Shown one piece after another: positions 1 to 9,272 of a DNA stretch of 64,000 bases. Source of the DNA: an uncultured Candidatus Bathyarchaeia archaeon (GTDB taxonomy: Archaea > Thermoproteota > Bathyarchaeia > 40CM-2-53-6); assembly GCA_964598845.1 (NCBI GenBank), contig CAZRDM010000002.1, forward strand, positions 35,428-99,427, read 5' to 3'. Position 1 is the stretch's first letter. Each line of letters starts with the position of its first letter. The position numbers were made by a program, and so were the translations under genes. Below the pieces are notes generated by a model that did no database searches, was not told the origin of the DNA, and saw only the letters and a program-made list of their open reading frames with translations.

Positions 1-33
1 GGCACTACGGATGCCGTACATCTTTTCGCACGA

Positions 34-1215
34 CTATTGAGACAACACTGGCGTTCCCTGGAATGTGAGCGATTGCAGCAGTGTCTCGTCTGCCTTGACG
101 ATGTTGTCAGGCAGAGGTACGTAGATCAGGTCTGGCGAGTATTTCTGGCCGTCGTGAATTGCCCACCAGAGGAATTTCGCGAGGGCTTCAGCTTTTGCCC
201 TGTCCATGTTGGGCTGCGACGACATCTCTCTGTAGATCAAGATGTACGTGTAGGTTGCTATTGGGTAGGATTGGTCTCCTGGGGCGTTCACTATGTGCAC
301 CCTTAGGTCGCTGGGGTCTGGGTTTCCTGTTGCGGCTGCCGCTGCGTTCCTGATGGTGTCGAGTGTTGGTACGATGAAGTTGCCCGCGGCGTTCTTGACC
401 GCTCCGATACCCAGATGCTGCTGGGCTGCGTAGATCACGTCCACGTAGCCGATCGCGGCTGGTGTCTGGAATACCGTTCCAGCAACGCCCGCGTTGCCTT
501 TGGCTCCCACTCCTGCGCCGAGTGTGTCAACAGGCCAGGTCACACTTGTACTGCGGCCGACGGCGGTCTTCCAGTCGGAGTTCGTTGTGTATAGAAAGTC
601 CGTAAAGGCGTATGTGGTTCCGCTCCCGTCGGATCTGTGTACTGCTGTTATGGCTGCGTCGGGTAGCTTGACGTTCGGATTGAGTGCCTGAAACGCTGGG
701 TCGTTCCATTTGGTGATCTTGCCCATGTAGATTCCCGCGAGGATGTCGCTGGTGAAGTTGAGTGTGGTGCTGTTCGATATTCCGTAGGAGTTGAGGTTGT
801 AGGTTATTGCTACCCCGCCTAGGGTTTCTGGCATTAGGACGAGGCCTGTTGCGTTTCGCAGTTGAGCGTCGGTTAGTGGTGCGTCTGAAGCTCCGAAGTC
901 CACGGTCTTGGCGGTTATCTGCTGTATTCCTCCACCGCTTCCAATCGGGTTATAATTGATTGTGACTGATGGGTTGAGGGCGTGGTACTCTACGGTCCAC
1001 TTTTGTATCAGTGGGGCTGGGAATGTTGCTCCCGCGCCGAGAATTGTTACGGGCTGCGCTGGTCGTGTTTGTGACGTTTGCCCTGTCATGCTCGTTGTCT
1101 GCTGTCCTGAAGAGTTCATTGCTTGGTATCCGAGAGCGCCTGCAATGACGGCTACTATGACGATGCCGATGATCGCCAGCGTTCTCGTGTTGCGTTTAGC
1201 TGATTTGTTCGACAT
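34..1215 (-). CDS. pstS: Phosphate ABC transporter substrate-binding protein PstS. The ORF extends to 1287, but the likely start is the Met before the signal/TM segment MSNKSAKR...IIGIVIVAVIAG.
   Basis: Translation contains the PstS-like motifs GAGATFPAPLIQKW and GASDAPLTD, preceded by an N-terminal signal anchor. It lies divergent to pstB-phoU. Confidence 0.8.
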   Translation of the reverse strand: MSNKSAKRNTRTLAIIGIVIVAVIAGALGYQAMNSSGQQTTSMTGQTSQTRPAQPVTILGAGATFPAPLIQKWTVEYHALNPSVTINYNPIGSGGGIQQITAKTVDFGASDAPLTDAQLRNATGLVLMPETLGGVAITYNLNSYGISNSTTLNFTSDILAGIYMGKITKWNDPAFQALNPNVKLPDAAITAVHRSDGSGTTYAFTDFLYTTNSDWKTAVGRSTSVTWPVDTLGAGVGAKGNAGVAGTVFQTPAAIGYVDVIYAAQQHLGIGAVKNAAGNFIVPTLDTIRNAAAAATGNPDPSDLRVHIVNAPGDQSYPIATYTYILIYREMSSQPNMDRAKAEALAKFLWWAIHDGQKYSPDLIYVPLPDNIVKADETLLQSLTFQGTPVLSQ

Positions 1216-1417
1216 ACGAATCAACGAGAACGCGCGATAACCGGATGAACTATAAGGCGAAATACCATGCGTTTTCCGGCACATCACGTGAATCTATACG
1301 ACTCACATAACTCACATTCACTAAGCCGGTTGTGCCGGTAGAAAACGGTAGAGGGCGATGCTTGCGTCGAATACTCTTACGGAGTTGACACCGAGCAGTG
1401 AAAAGGATACGATAGTC

Positions 1418-2185
1418 ATGGGCGATCTAAAATCGAAGTTAGCCTGCGAGAATCTGGGTGCAGGATTTGGCAAGAAGAAGGTTCTTGACGATATTTCACT
1501 GGGATTCAAAGAGAACGCCGTCACGGCCATCATCGGCCCGTCTGGGTGTGGGAAGTCCACGTTGATACGTTGCTTGAACAGGATGCATGAGGTGACGTCT
1601 GGCGCGTGGGTGACAGGGCGCGTGGTTCTGGACAACGAGAACATCTACGATCCCAACGTGGACCCTGTGACCGTTCGACGAAAGATCGGAATGGTGTTCC
1701 AGAAGCCCAACCCCTTCCCAACAATGTCGGTTTTCGACAACGTGGCCGCTGGACTCCGCCTGAATGGAATCCGGGATCATAGAGTGGTTTCTGAGAGAGT
1801 CGAAGAGAATCTGAGGAAGGCGTTCCTGCTTGAAGAGATTGGGGACAGAGTCGACGAGTCGGGTGCAAGTCTTTCGGGTGGTCAGCAGCAGAGGCTCTGT
1901 ATTGCGCGTGCGTTGGCGGTGGAGCCAGAGGTGGTTCTGATGGATGAACCGTGCTCGGCGCTGGACCCGGTGGCGACTGCGAAGATTGAAGAGTTGATCA
2001 TCAAGTTGAAAGAGACTTACACAGTAATCGTGGTCACTCACAACATGCAGCAGGCCGCTAGGATATCCAACCTTACCGGATTCCTGTATTTGGGCAAGTT
2101 GATTGAGTATGGGCCGACGGAGCAGATATTCTCGAACCCCCACAATGAGCTTACGGAGCGGTATATCAGCGGAAAGTTTGGTTGA
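1418..2185 (+). CDS. pstB: Phosphate import ATP-binding protein PstB. The ORF begins at 1358; the likely start is MGDLKSK.
   Basis: Walker [13 protein letters not shown] signature [14 protein letters not shown], Walker B VVLMDEP and H-loop VTHN. The size and motifs are typical of PstB. Confidence 0.9.
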   Translation: MGDLKSKLACENLGAGFGKKKVLDDISLGFKENAVTAIIGPSGCGKSTLIRCLNRMHEVTSGAWVTGRVVLDNENIYDPNVDPVTVRRKIGMVFQKPNPFPTMSVFDNVAAGLRLNGIRDHRVVSERVEENLRKAFLLEEIGDRVDESGASLSGGQQQRLCIARALAVEPEVVLMDEPCSALDPVATAKIEELIIKLKETYTVIVVTHNMQQAARISNLTGFLYLGKLIEYGPTEQIFSNPHNELTERYISGKFG

Positions 2186-2191
2186 ACGCAG

Positions 2192-2818
2192 TTGCCTCGT
2201 CTAATGGATATGGGACTAGAACGGCTATCTAACGCTATTGCGGACATGTCGAATCTCGCACTTGACTCTGTGATGAAGGCGATTCAGGCCTACACTAAAG
2301 GAGAGAAGATCACAAAGGAAGCTCTGGATCGAGCGCATCAATTGTCGATGCTTGGAACAGAGGTTGAGGAACTCGCTGTCGAACTTATAGCAAGATACCA
2401 ACCGGTAGCAACAGATCTTCGCTATATCAAATCCTGCTTGGAGATTTCATATGGCTTCTCGAGGTTTGGGAGATACGCTTACGACATCGCCCAAGTGCTG
2501 GAAATAGCTGGAGACCTTTCAGGATGCGACAAATCAGTCGTCGAAGACATGAGCGCAAGAGTAACCAAAATGATTCAAACTAGCATCAAATCATTTCAGA
2601 CAAGAGACAACAAGGCCGCTCGTAGCCTCCGCCACGAGGACGACATAGTTGACGAGACATACTTAGAGTACACGAGGAAGCTATTCCATGACACTTCTAC
2701 CCCTACTCGCTGTGCCTTGGCTTCAACACTCGTCTTGAGATATCTCGAACGAATCGCCGATCACGCCTGCCACATCGGAGATTCAGTCATATACATAACG
2801 ACTGGGACGAAGATATAG
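2192..2818 (+). CDS. phoU: Phosphate transport system regulator PhoU
   Basis: A 208-aa protein with two PhoU-like helical repeats (conserved D/E..Y, RIADHA-type ERIADHACHIGD motif). It follows pstB directly. Confidence 0.85.
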   Translation: MPRLMDMGLERLSNAIADMSNLALDSVMKAIQAYTKGEKITKEALDRAHQLSMLGTEVEELAVELIARYQPVATDLRYIKSCLEISYGFSRFGRYAYDIAQVLEIAGDLSGCDKSVVEDMSARVTKMIQTSIKSFQTRDNKAARSLRHEDDIVDETYLEYTRKLFHDTSTPTRCALASTLVLRYLERIADHACHIGDSVIYITTGTKI

Positions 2819-2836
2819 TAACAGAAAAGCAGTAAC

Positions 2837-3964
2837 ATGAAATATGCCTCTTCTATAGGCATACATGTGAATGAGTTGAAAGAAACGGAACGATCCTACG
2901 AGGATAGGTATATCCGAAGAGTCCAGCTCACCGGCAGAGGGTCGTACATTGTCTCAATCCCGAAGCAATGGGTTGAGGAAGCTGGACTGAAGAAAGGAGG
3001 CCGTATTGAGTTTAGTAGACAACAGAATCAGGGTTTGTTACTGATACCATTTGAACGATCGAAATACGAAGACGAAAGGTCGCGTTGTTCAATCTCGATC
3101 GCGCCCGATTCAGACCCAGATGCAGTTACACGGATCATAATTTCCCTCTACGTAACCGGTTTCTCAACCATTGAAGTCAATTCAAAGTCTGGCAATCTAA
3201 GCGCCGCAGTTAGAGATAGCATCAGAGACGTCGCTAGAAGCAAGCTAGTCGGGACCGAGGTCGTCACAGAATCATCAAGGAGCGCGACCCTTCAGGTGTT
3301 GCTCAGCTACCCACAATTGCTTGTTCCTGACGCGGTGAGACGAATGAGTTCCATCGAGAGCTCCATGCAACAAGACGCAATGCAGGCTCTTACTAACCGC
3401 GACCATGACTTGGCGAGACAAGTGCTGAAGATTGATGACGAAATCGACAGGTTCAGCCTGTACATAATACGGCAGTTGAAATGGGCTGTTCGGCATCCGC
3501 CCCTACTCGAAAGAATCGGGCTCAGAGTTCCAGTTGAATGTTTAGGATACCGGATTGTCACGAAAAGCGTTGAACGCTCAGCAGACCATGCCGCACGAGT
3601 AGCCCAGAACTGTTTGCTATTACAACAACCCCTAAACCCTGCATTGCTCAAGGAGAGCAATGCGCTTAGTCAGCTTTCCCAACGGATGATGGAGAACGCA
3701 TTACGGGCTCTCTTCGCCGACGATTATCAATTAGCTGAGTCAGTCCTTCTCGAAAAGGAGAAAGTGTCCTCAATAGAATCGAGATTCGTGGAACGGCTAC
3801 TCAGAGAGAAGATGCCCCCCGCCGACCTGTCAGCTTTGCGTCTAGTGTCCGAAAGCCTCAGAAGGATAGGCGAATATGCAACCGATATAGCTGAAGTCGT
3901 CCTAAACCTCACCGTGCAAAAATTCGTTGAACCACACCTCAGAACGCCACCTGTCCAAGGTTGA
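2837..3964 (+). CDS. Phosphate uptake regulator with an N-terminal AbrB/SpoVT-like DNA-binding domain fused to tandem PhoU domains
   Basis: The N-terminus VQLTGRGSYIVSIPKQWVEEAGLKKGGRIEF resembles an AbrB/MazE swapped-hairpin domain. Two PhoU-like repeats follow (RIGEYATDIAE). This architecture is known in archaeal pst loci. Confidence 0.75.
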   Translation: MKYASSIGIHVNELKETERSYEDRYIRRVQLTGRGSYIVSIPKQWVEEAGLKKGGRIEFSRQQNQGLLLIPFERSKYEDERSRCSISIAPDSDPDAVTRIIISLYVTGFSTIEVNSKSGNLSAAVRDSIRDVARSKLVGTEVVTESSRSATLQVLLSYPQLLVPDAVRRMSSIESSMQQDAMQALTNRDHDLARQVLKIDDEIDRFSLYIIRQLKWAVRHPPLLERIGLRVPVECLGYRIVTKSVERSADHAARVAQNCLLLQQPLNPALLKESNALSQLSQRMMENALRALFADDYQLAESVLLEKEKVSSIESRFVERLLREKMPPADLSALRLVSESLRRIGEYATDIAEVVLNLTVQKFVEPHLRTPPVQG

Positions 3965-4114
3965 CAAGCACCACATCCCCCTCCCCCAGCAACCGCCTGC
4001 TCCGACTCTCCATCCCCCTAGTCCTCACCGTCATGCTGGGCCTTTAATTCGCGCTCTTAAAACGCCGCAGACAAGCAACTTCCACACTCGGGTTCCACCA
4101 CCCGCATGACCTTG

Positions 4115-4140
4115 GTGGGCCCGGAGGGATACGAACCCTC
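4115..4140. repeat. 26-bp direct repeat (copy A), a partial duplicate of the T-arm and acceptor 3' end of the tRNA at 7317-7421. It includes ACCA on the minus strand.
   Basis: gtgggcccggagggatacgaaccctc matches 7316-7341 gtgggcccggagggattcgaaccctc at 25 of 26 positions. No matching tRNA 5' half is found nearby, so this is a fragment rather than a gene. Confidence 0.7.
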
Positions 4141-4323
4141 AATATTGAGGGTTCGAGAGCTTACGCATGCTGTGGGGCCGATGGGATTTTACCCCACCAT
4201 TTGGTGAAATTATTGGTCTGCTGGAGATCTGTTTCGTTTCTGGTTAAGTCCGCGGCCCTCGTACCACTAGGTGACACACACACAAAGGACGGTTCAAACT
4301 GCGATACCGGCACCATAAATTGT

Positions 4324-7104
4324 TCACAGAGTAGTCGTAGGGATTAATCGCCTTCGTAGGAGTTTCCGAGTCTCTTCTACTAGAAGCACCAGGGGCGCTA
4401 GAGAATAGAGGATAACCCAATCCATCCAAGATAATGATGCTGTTCTGAACACCTGTTGAATAATCGGGATGTACACTATTGAAGCGAGAATTCCAATCTG
4501 TGCTAGGATTCCTAGAAATAGCCACTTGTTTCTGAAGGGACTTAATCGAAATGCAGATTGTGAGCTTGTTCGCGCTGAAAAGAAGTTGCCAAGCTGCCCG
4601 GCCATGATGCCTGCCAGTACCACTGTGGTGCCTTTCGCGTAGACTGTTGGGTCTGCGATCGAAGTCTGTCCGAACGCCCATCCTCCGGTCGTCCAAGTGT
4701 GAAAAGCCCAAACTAGGCAACCAACACCTACGATGGCTCCTACGTACAGTGAGCGAAGTAAGGTAGCGGAGCCGATGAGGCGACTCCCGAGGCGGCGGGG
4801 AGGCCTTCCCATTACGTCTGGCTCAGGAGGTTCCATAATTAAGGCCAGAGAGGGAAAAACGTCCATTCCTAAGTCGATTGCGAGAACTTGCACAACTAGC
4901 AGCGGAAGTGGAACTTGAAGGAGTATGAATGCAACGAAGGCGACGAGTTCTGCCCAGTTATGAGTGAAAACGTAGTACACGAACTTTTTCAAGTTGTCGA
5001 ACATGGCCCTGCCAAACTTTACACCCTCAACCAACGAAACGAAATTATCGTCCAGTAATACCATGTCGGCTGATTCGCGGGCAACATCGGTTCCGCCGAC
5101 CCCCATAGCAATTCCGACCTCCGCCTGAATCAAAGCCGGAGCGTCATTAACCCCGTCGCCTGTCACCGCGACTGTTTCGCCTTTAGATTTCAGCGCCCTG
5201 ACTATCTGCAGTTTCTGTTCCGGAGTAGTTCTCGCGAACACGATTTCACGATTATCCAGAATTGCTGATAACTCGTCATTCGTTGCCTTGCTGAGCTCGT
5301 ATCCAGAGACGACCAAGGCCTGCTGGGACGTGACGATTCCAATCCTCTTCGCGATCGCTTCAGCCGTCAGTTCGTGGTCACCTGTCACCATAATTACTTG
5401 GATACCCGCGCCACGGGCTTCTGAAACTGCCTTCTGCATCAAGGGCCTTGGGGGATCGAATAATGCCGCCAGTCCTAGGAACGTTAGGTCGTTTTCAACT
5501 ATTTCGGAGTCAAACCTTTTGACATCATCTGGAAGTACGCGAGAAGCCATTCCAAGTACTCTGAAGCCCTTTGAAGCAAAGTCTTCAATCCGTTTCTCAA
5601 CCATTTCTCTCATGCCATCATCGAAGGACTTATATTCGTTGTCGAGAAAGATTCTGGCACATTTGGGTAGGAGTTCGCGGGATGCTCCTTTCGTGTAGGC
5701 CAAAGTCTTTCCGTCCGGCGCTCTGTGGATGCTTGTCATAAGCCGCCGCTTTGAGTCAAATGGGATCAGTCCTACCCTCGGGTTGAGTGCCAGTGCCTCG
5801 CTTACGTTGAAATCCCCTTTCCCAGCAAAAACAGCGAACGCGCCATCTGTCGGATCTCCCAGCACAGTCCACCTCGGGATCCTGTCTGAAGGCGGGCTAA
5901 GTTTCGCGTTATTGCAAAAGGCGGAAACCTCGAAGAGTGAAAGGACGTGCGGCCTCTCAGCCCTTGTGACACGCCTACCTTCAACCGTTACGAAACCGTC
6001 GGGGCTGAATCCGTCTCCTGTTACCTCGAAAATCTCGCCGTTAGCCCAGAGTTCCTTTAACATCATCTCACCACTCGTGATGGTCCCTGTCTTATCGACG
6101 CACATCACTGTCGCCGACCCAAGAGTTTCCACAGAAGACAGGCGCTTCACTACAACATTCCTCTTGGACATGGCGAGCGCGGTCAAAGCCAACGAGAGTG
6201 ACACGGTAAGTTGGAATCCTTCCGGAACCAGTGCGATCATCACCGCAATAGCGAAGAACAGGCTATCGACAATTGTCAGTTTTAGCAACAGTCCTGCCAC
6301 CGCGAAGAATACGCCACCGACGATCAGGGCAACGACGAAGTCGACCTTGGCCATGTAATCGATTTCTTTCTGTAGGCGACTAAGTGGTTCCTTGACTTCA
6401 CGTGCTAACGACACGATCTTTCCGAATTGAGTATCCTTTCCAGTCTTGAGCACGATCGCCTTGGCGACGCCCGAAACTATTGTGGTGCCAGAGAATATGA
6501 TGTTATGGAAATCTGTAATGCTCTCTATCGAAGTGCCACGGGCGATCGTGGCGAAGCGCCTCTGTGGCTCCGACTCACCTGTGAGGATAGAGTTGTCCAC
6601 GGAGGTTTCGAACGCGGTCGTCAACCTGGCGTCTGCCGGGACTCGATCCCCTTCTTCTAATGCGATCATGTCGCCGGGGACTATCTGTGCCACATTCAGC
6701 TCCTTGAATTCGCCATCACGCAGGACCTTCGCGTTCGCTGGAACAAGATTCGCTATTGCCTGTACAGCTTTTTCCGCCCTATACTCCTGAATCACGCTGA
6801 AACAGGCGTTGACCAGAACGACCCCCAGAATTGCGAAAGCCATTTGGAAGGAGGTCGGGTCGCTGTATACCCAGCCTGTCAGGAACGAAAGCAGTGAGGC
6901 AACTAGCAAAACAACATTGAACAGGTTCTTGAATTGGACGAGAAACTTCTCTGCAGGGTGCGGTCGCTTTGCGGAAGGTAGAACATTAGGACCGTATTCT
7001 TCGAGCCTTATCTTCGCCTGAGTTGATGAGAGCCCGTCGGGTGATGATCGAAGGTCATCAAAGACGCTCTGTATATCTGCGAATGCTGTTTGATCATAGG
7101 ACAA
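4324..7104 (-). CDS. Cation-transporting P-type ATPase (926 aa; type II/III-like, Ca2+/Mg2+/H+ family)
   Basis: Phosphorylation motif CVDKTGTIT, hinge motif VAVTGDGVNDAPAL, TGES-like actuator motif LTGESEP, and about 10 predicted TM helices. Confidence 0.9.
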   Translation of the reverse strand: MSYDQTAFADIQSVFDDLRSSPDGLSSTQAKIRLEEYGPNVLPSAKRPHPAEKFLVQFKNLFNVVLLVASLLSFLTGWVYSDPTSFQMAFAILGVVLVNACFSVIQEYRAEKAVQAIANLVPANAKVLRDGEFKELNVAQIVPGDMIALEEGDRVPADARLTTAFETSVDNSILTGESEPQRRFATIARGTSIESITDFHNIIFSGTTIVSGVAKAIVLKTGKDTQFGKIVSLAREVKEPLSRLQKEIDYMAKVDFVVALIVGGVFFAVAGLLLKLTIVDSLFFAIAVMIALVPEGFQLTVSLSLALTALAMSKRNVVVKRLSSVETLGSATVMCVDKTGTITSGEMMLKELWANGEIFEVTGDGFSPDGFVTVEGRRVTRAERPHVLSLFEVSAFCNNAKLSPPSDRIPRWTVLGDPTDGAFAVFAGKGDFNVSEALALNPRVGLIPFDSKRRLMTSIHRAPDGKTLAYTKGASRELLPKCARIFLDNEYKSFDDGMREMVEKRIEDFASKGFRVLGMASRVLPDDVKRFDSEIVENDLTFLGLAALFDPPRPLMQKAVSEARGAGIQVIMVTGDHELTAEAIAKRIGIVTSQQALVVSGYELSKATNDELSAILDNREIVFARTTPEQKLQIVRALKSKGETVAVTGDGVNDAPALIQAEVGIAMGVGGTDVARESADMVLLDDNFVSLVEGVKFGRAMFDNLKKFVYYVFTHNWAELVAFVAFILLQVPLPLLVVQVLAIDLGMDVFPSLALIMEPPEPDVMGRPPRRLGSRLIGSATLLRSLYVGAIVGVGCLVWAFHTWTTGGWAFGQTSIADPTVYAKGTTVVLAGIMAGQLGNFFSARTSSQSAFRLSPFRNKWLFLGILAQIGILASIVYIPIIQQVFRTASLSWMDWVILYSLAPLVLLVEETRKLLRRRLIPTTTL

Positions 7105-7254
7105 CGAAATAGACCTTCTCTGAACGGTCTCATGCCTCGAAGCCTTTAGTCCGAACCAGTCCAGAATCCTCTATAATAGGCATGCGTCGCATCCAGGAAC
7201 GAAGTGGTGGCAGTCCAAAACCAGCACGCACAGAAAATGAGGAACATCGCGGTG

Positions 7255-7275
7255 AGGGCGGAGGGATTTGAATCG
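7255..7275. repeat. Weak third copy of the tRNA 3'-end motif (gggcggagggatttgaatcgg)
   Basis: About 17 of 21 positions match the tRNA T-arm and acceptor region. It sits between the ATPase start and the tRNA. Confidence 0.3.
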
Positions 7276-7316
7276 GAAATGTTCCGGTCGACCCGGTCCT
7301 GTGTTCAAAGGCGAGA

Positions 7317-7421
7317 GTGGGCCCGGAGGGATTCGAACCCTCGACCAGCAGGTTGCTCCGTTGCAACTTATGAGCTTCGACCCATGCTTTCTGTCGCTCT
7401 AGCCTGGCTGAGCTACGGGCC
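7317..7421 (-). tRNA. tRNA gene of about 105 nt, so it very likely contains an intron. The candidate anticodon loop CTCATAA would give CAT/Met, but this is tentative.
   Basis: The minus strand reads GGGCCCG-TA-GCTC-AGCCAGGCTA-GAGC...GAGGG-TTCGAAT-CCCTC-CGGGCCC-A. Acceptor, D-arm and T-arm are canonical, and 47 nt lie between the D-arm and the variable loop where 17 are expected. Confidence 0.75.
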
Positions 7422-7961
7422 CTCTGAGCGGTCAGGAGATTGTACTTGCTTTCGCTCAAAAAGCTTCTCAGGCTGTATGGGAAGCACCAGCGTTCAAGTT
7501 GACTGGGTAGACGTTTGAGTGGCGATTTGCGGTCGACGGCTCCCCGTGCGATGAACAGTTCTGGGAGGATTCCTGCAAAACACGGACCCGATAATCATCG
7601 ACTCTTCCTGCGCCTTTTGACCTGTAACAGAAGGAGTGAGACCTCATGTCGGGTTGTGGATTCGAAGAATTGTATACCAAAATGACCGAAGCATGGAGTA
7701 GGCTTTTCAGGCCTTGGTTGTGGACAATTAAATGGTGGTCGACAACATCGGCGGTGGCGATGGCTGAAACACCGGAACTGCGGGCACGAGAATGCCCCCG
7801 GCAATTACCATCAACAAGTAGATTGCAGTCCTGTTGGCGAACTTCAAATCCATTGTTACCAGCTCTTGATTTTCTTCCCGTCAACTGACACAAGGTATTG
7901 CCTCAGCTGGGGAGCGAGGATCGCTGTAACGGCTAACTTCTGCGGGAGTTGGGGTGCCAAG

Positions 7962-8477
7962 CTATCTGAGATGTTGGTTTCCCTCTAACATTTTTTGCCA
8001 GTAGTTTGCGCGCGCTATTGATGGCAAACAGATAGTAACCTGGCTTGCAGTTTGCACGATGTTGTCCGCCTGAAGTTCAAATGTGTCGGTGACCCCATTC
8101 ACTCTCACCGTATAGACTCCTGCCTTCAGTCCGACGACATCTAATGGAATGACCTTCTCGAAGGGAGTAATCACCTGTGCACACACCGCGTCAGCCGGGC
8201 GGGTGGTACTTACTGTGATTATGAATGTGGTGGGTTCGCGCTTCGTTCTTATGTTTCCGATTTCTGTGCAACTATCTGTAAGTTCACCGTACACAACCAC
8301 ATTTACTTGCACTGGAAAGGATTCCAGAATAATGATTCGAACACTCTTGACATTCGCCAGTCCCTTGATCGTGCCTGTATCTTTTCCTTGCTCACTGGCA
8401 TACCACACAGCCATCGAAGAGGCAGCTAATACAAGAACTATTGCAGTTACTGAAACAAGAACGACTCTTCTTGGCAT
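7962..8477 (-). CDS. Hypothetical secreted or membrane-anchored protein (ORF to 8561; likely start MPRRVVLVSV)
   Basis: An N-terminal hydrophobic signal anchor (VVLVSVTAIVLVLAASSMAVW) is followed by a beta-rich domain. No family was recognised. Confidence 0.45.
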   Translation of the reverse strand: MPRRVVLVSVTAIVLVLAASSMAVWYASEQGKDTGTIKGLANVKSVRIIILESFPVQVNVVVYGELTDSCTEIGNIRTKREPTTFIITVSTTRPADAVCAQVITPFEKVIPLDVVGLKAGVYTVRVNGVTDTFELQADNIVQTASQVTICLPSIARANYWQKMLEGNQHLR

Positions 8478-9024
8478 ACCGTATCGTACAATTGCTAAGC
8501 TCCATATCATAAGATTCTTGCCTATGGAACATCTGTTCCAAACCGTACGACAAGCGATCATGCTAAGCTTGGTATGGCCTAGTCAGTGCTGTGATGGTTC
8601 TCAGAGGAGAGTTGCCGTGATAAGATGAACGCTTCCGGATCGTGGCCTTGCATAGAGCAAAGTCGCGTGTTGTTTGGCGGCCGTGCTGCTATCGGCATCG
8701 GTTGGTTATCTGATTGCGTTGCATGTGCCAGCTGGGAAGCCTCAGCATAAGTAACCCTTTCATGACCTGAAAGCCGAACTTGCTGTAAGAGTTGACGTTC
8801 CCGCGTTTGTCGGTTTCCGAATAGTCAATCTCCGCATGCAACAGTCACTACTCGTCCTAGATTGTGAGTTTGCGTCGCTAAAACGACGCCACGCTGCAAC
8901 TCAGAGCCTGTTCTCTGCAAATCTGCCGATTCTCTTAGATCTCAGCGGTGTTGCGACACGCTGGTTATGGATTACAGACCAACGCCTTGTGTTGACACCA
9001 ATGGCTAGAAACTAATGTGTGGGT

Positions 9025-9187
9025 GGTGCTCCGGGCGGGATTTTCAGCGCTCATGCGCTTTTGAACCCGCGTCGCTGGCTCTCCCCTTACTCGAGAGGCC
9101 AACATACTCTCGGTGGCAGACGCCTTGACCGGGCTATATTCGGTAGCGGCGAACGCTTCTACCGGAGCCCCAGAAGCCCGGAGCAAT
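9025..9187. ncRNA. Candidate structured non-coding RNA of unknown family in a ~700-nt ORF-free region
   Basis: Nested perfect helices: GCTCCGGGC (9028-9036) pairs with GCCCGGAGC (9176-9184). Other stems are GCGGG/CCCGC, GCGC-TCAT-GCGC, CGAGAG/CTCTCG and CGGTAG/CTACCG. No ORF covers the region and the strand is undetermined. Confidence 0.35.
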
Positions 9188-9272
9188 CCGAGTAAGCAAG
9201 TTACACGATATTTTAAGGGTGTGCAAAGTCGCGCTGACGCGTAGGCTGGAAAAAATCGAGAGGAAATGTGGC

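Noticed and set aside
1496-2143. 215-aa ORF antisense to pstB
   Set aside because: It lies entirely within the well-supported pstB gene on the opposite strand, it has no recognisable domains, and its composition is Arg/His-rich as expected for GC-rich antisense frames.
4244-4720. 158-aa ORF overlapping the C-terminal end of the P-type ATPase
   Set aside because: It shares the ATPase strand in a different frame and is wholly overlapped by a strongly supported gene. It is likely spurious.
5288-6790. Several ORFs of 100-200 aa on the plus strand antisense to the P-type ATPase
   Set aside because: They are low-complexity Ser/Thr/Ala-rich antisense translations of a confirmed gene.
7130-7459. 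109-aa ORF overlapping the tRNA
   Set aside because: It overlaps a structurally convincing tRNA gene and has no homology.
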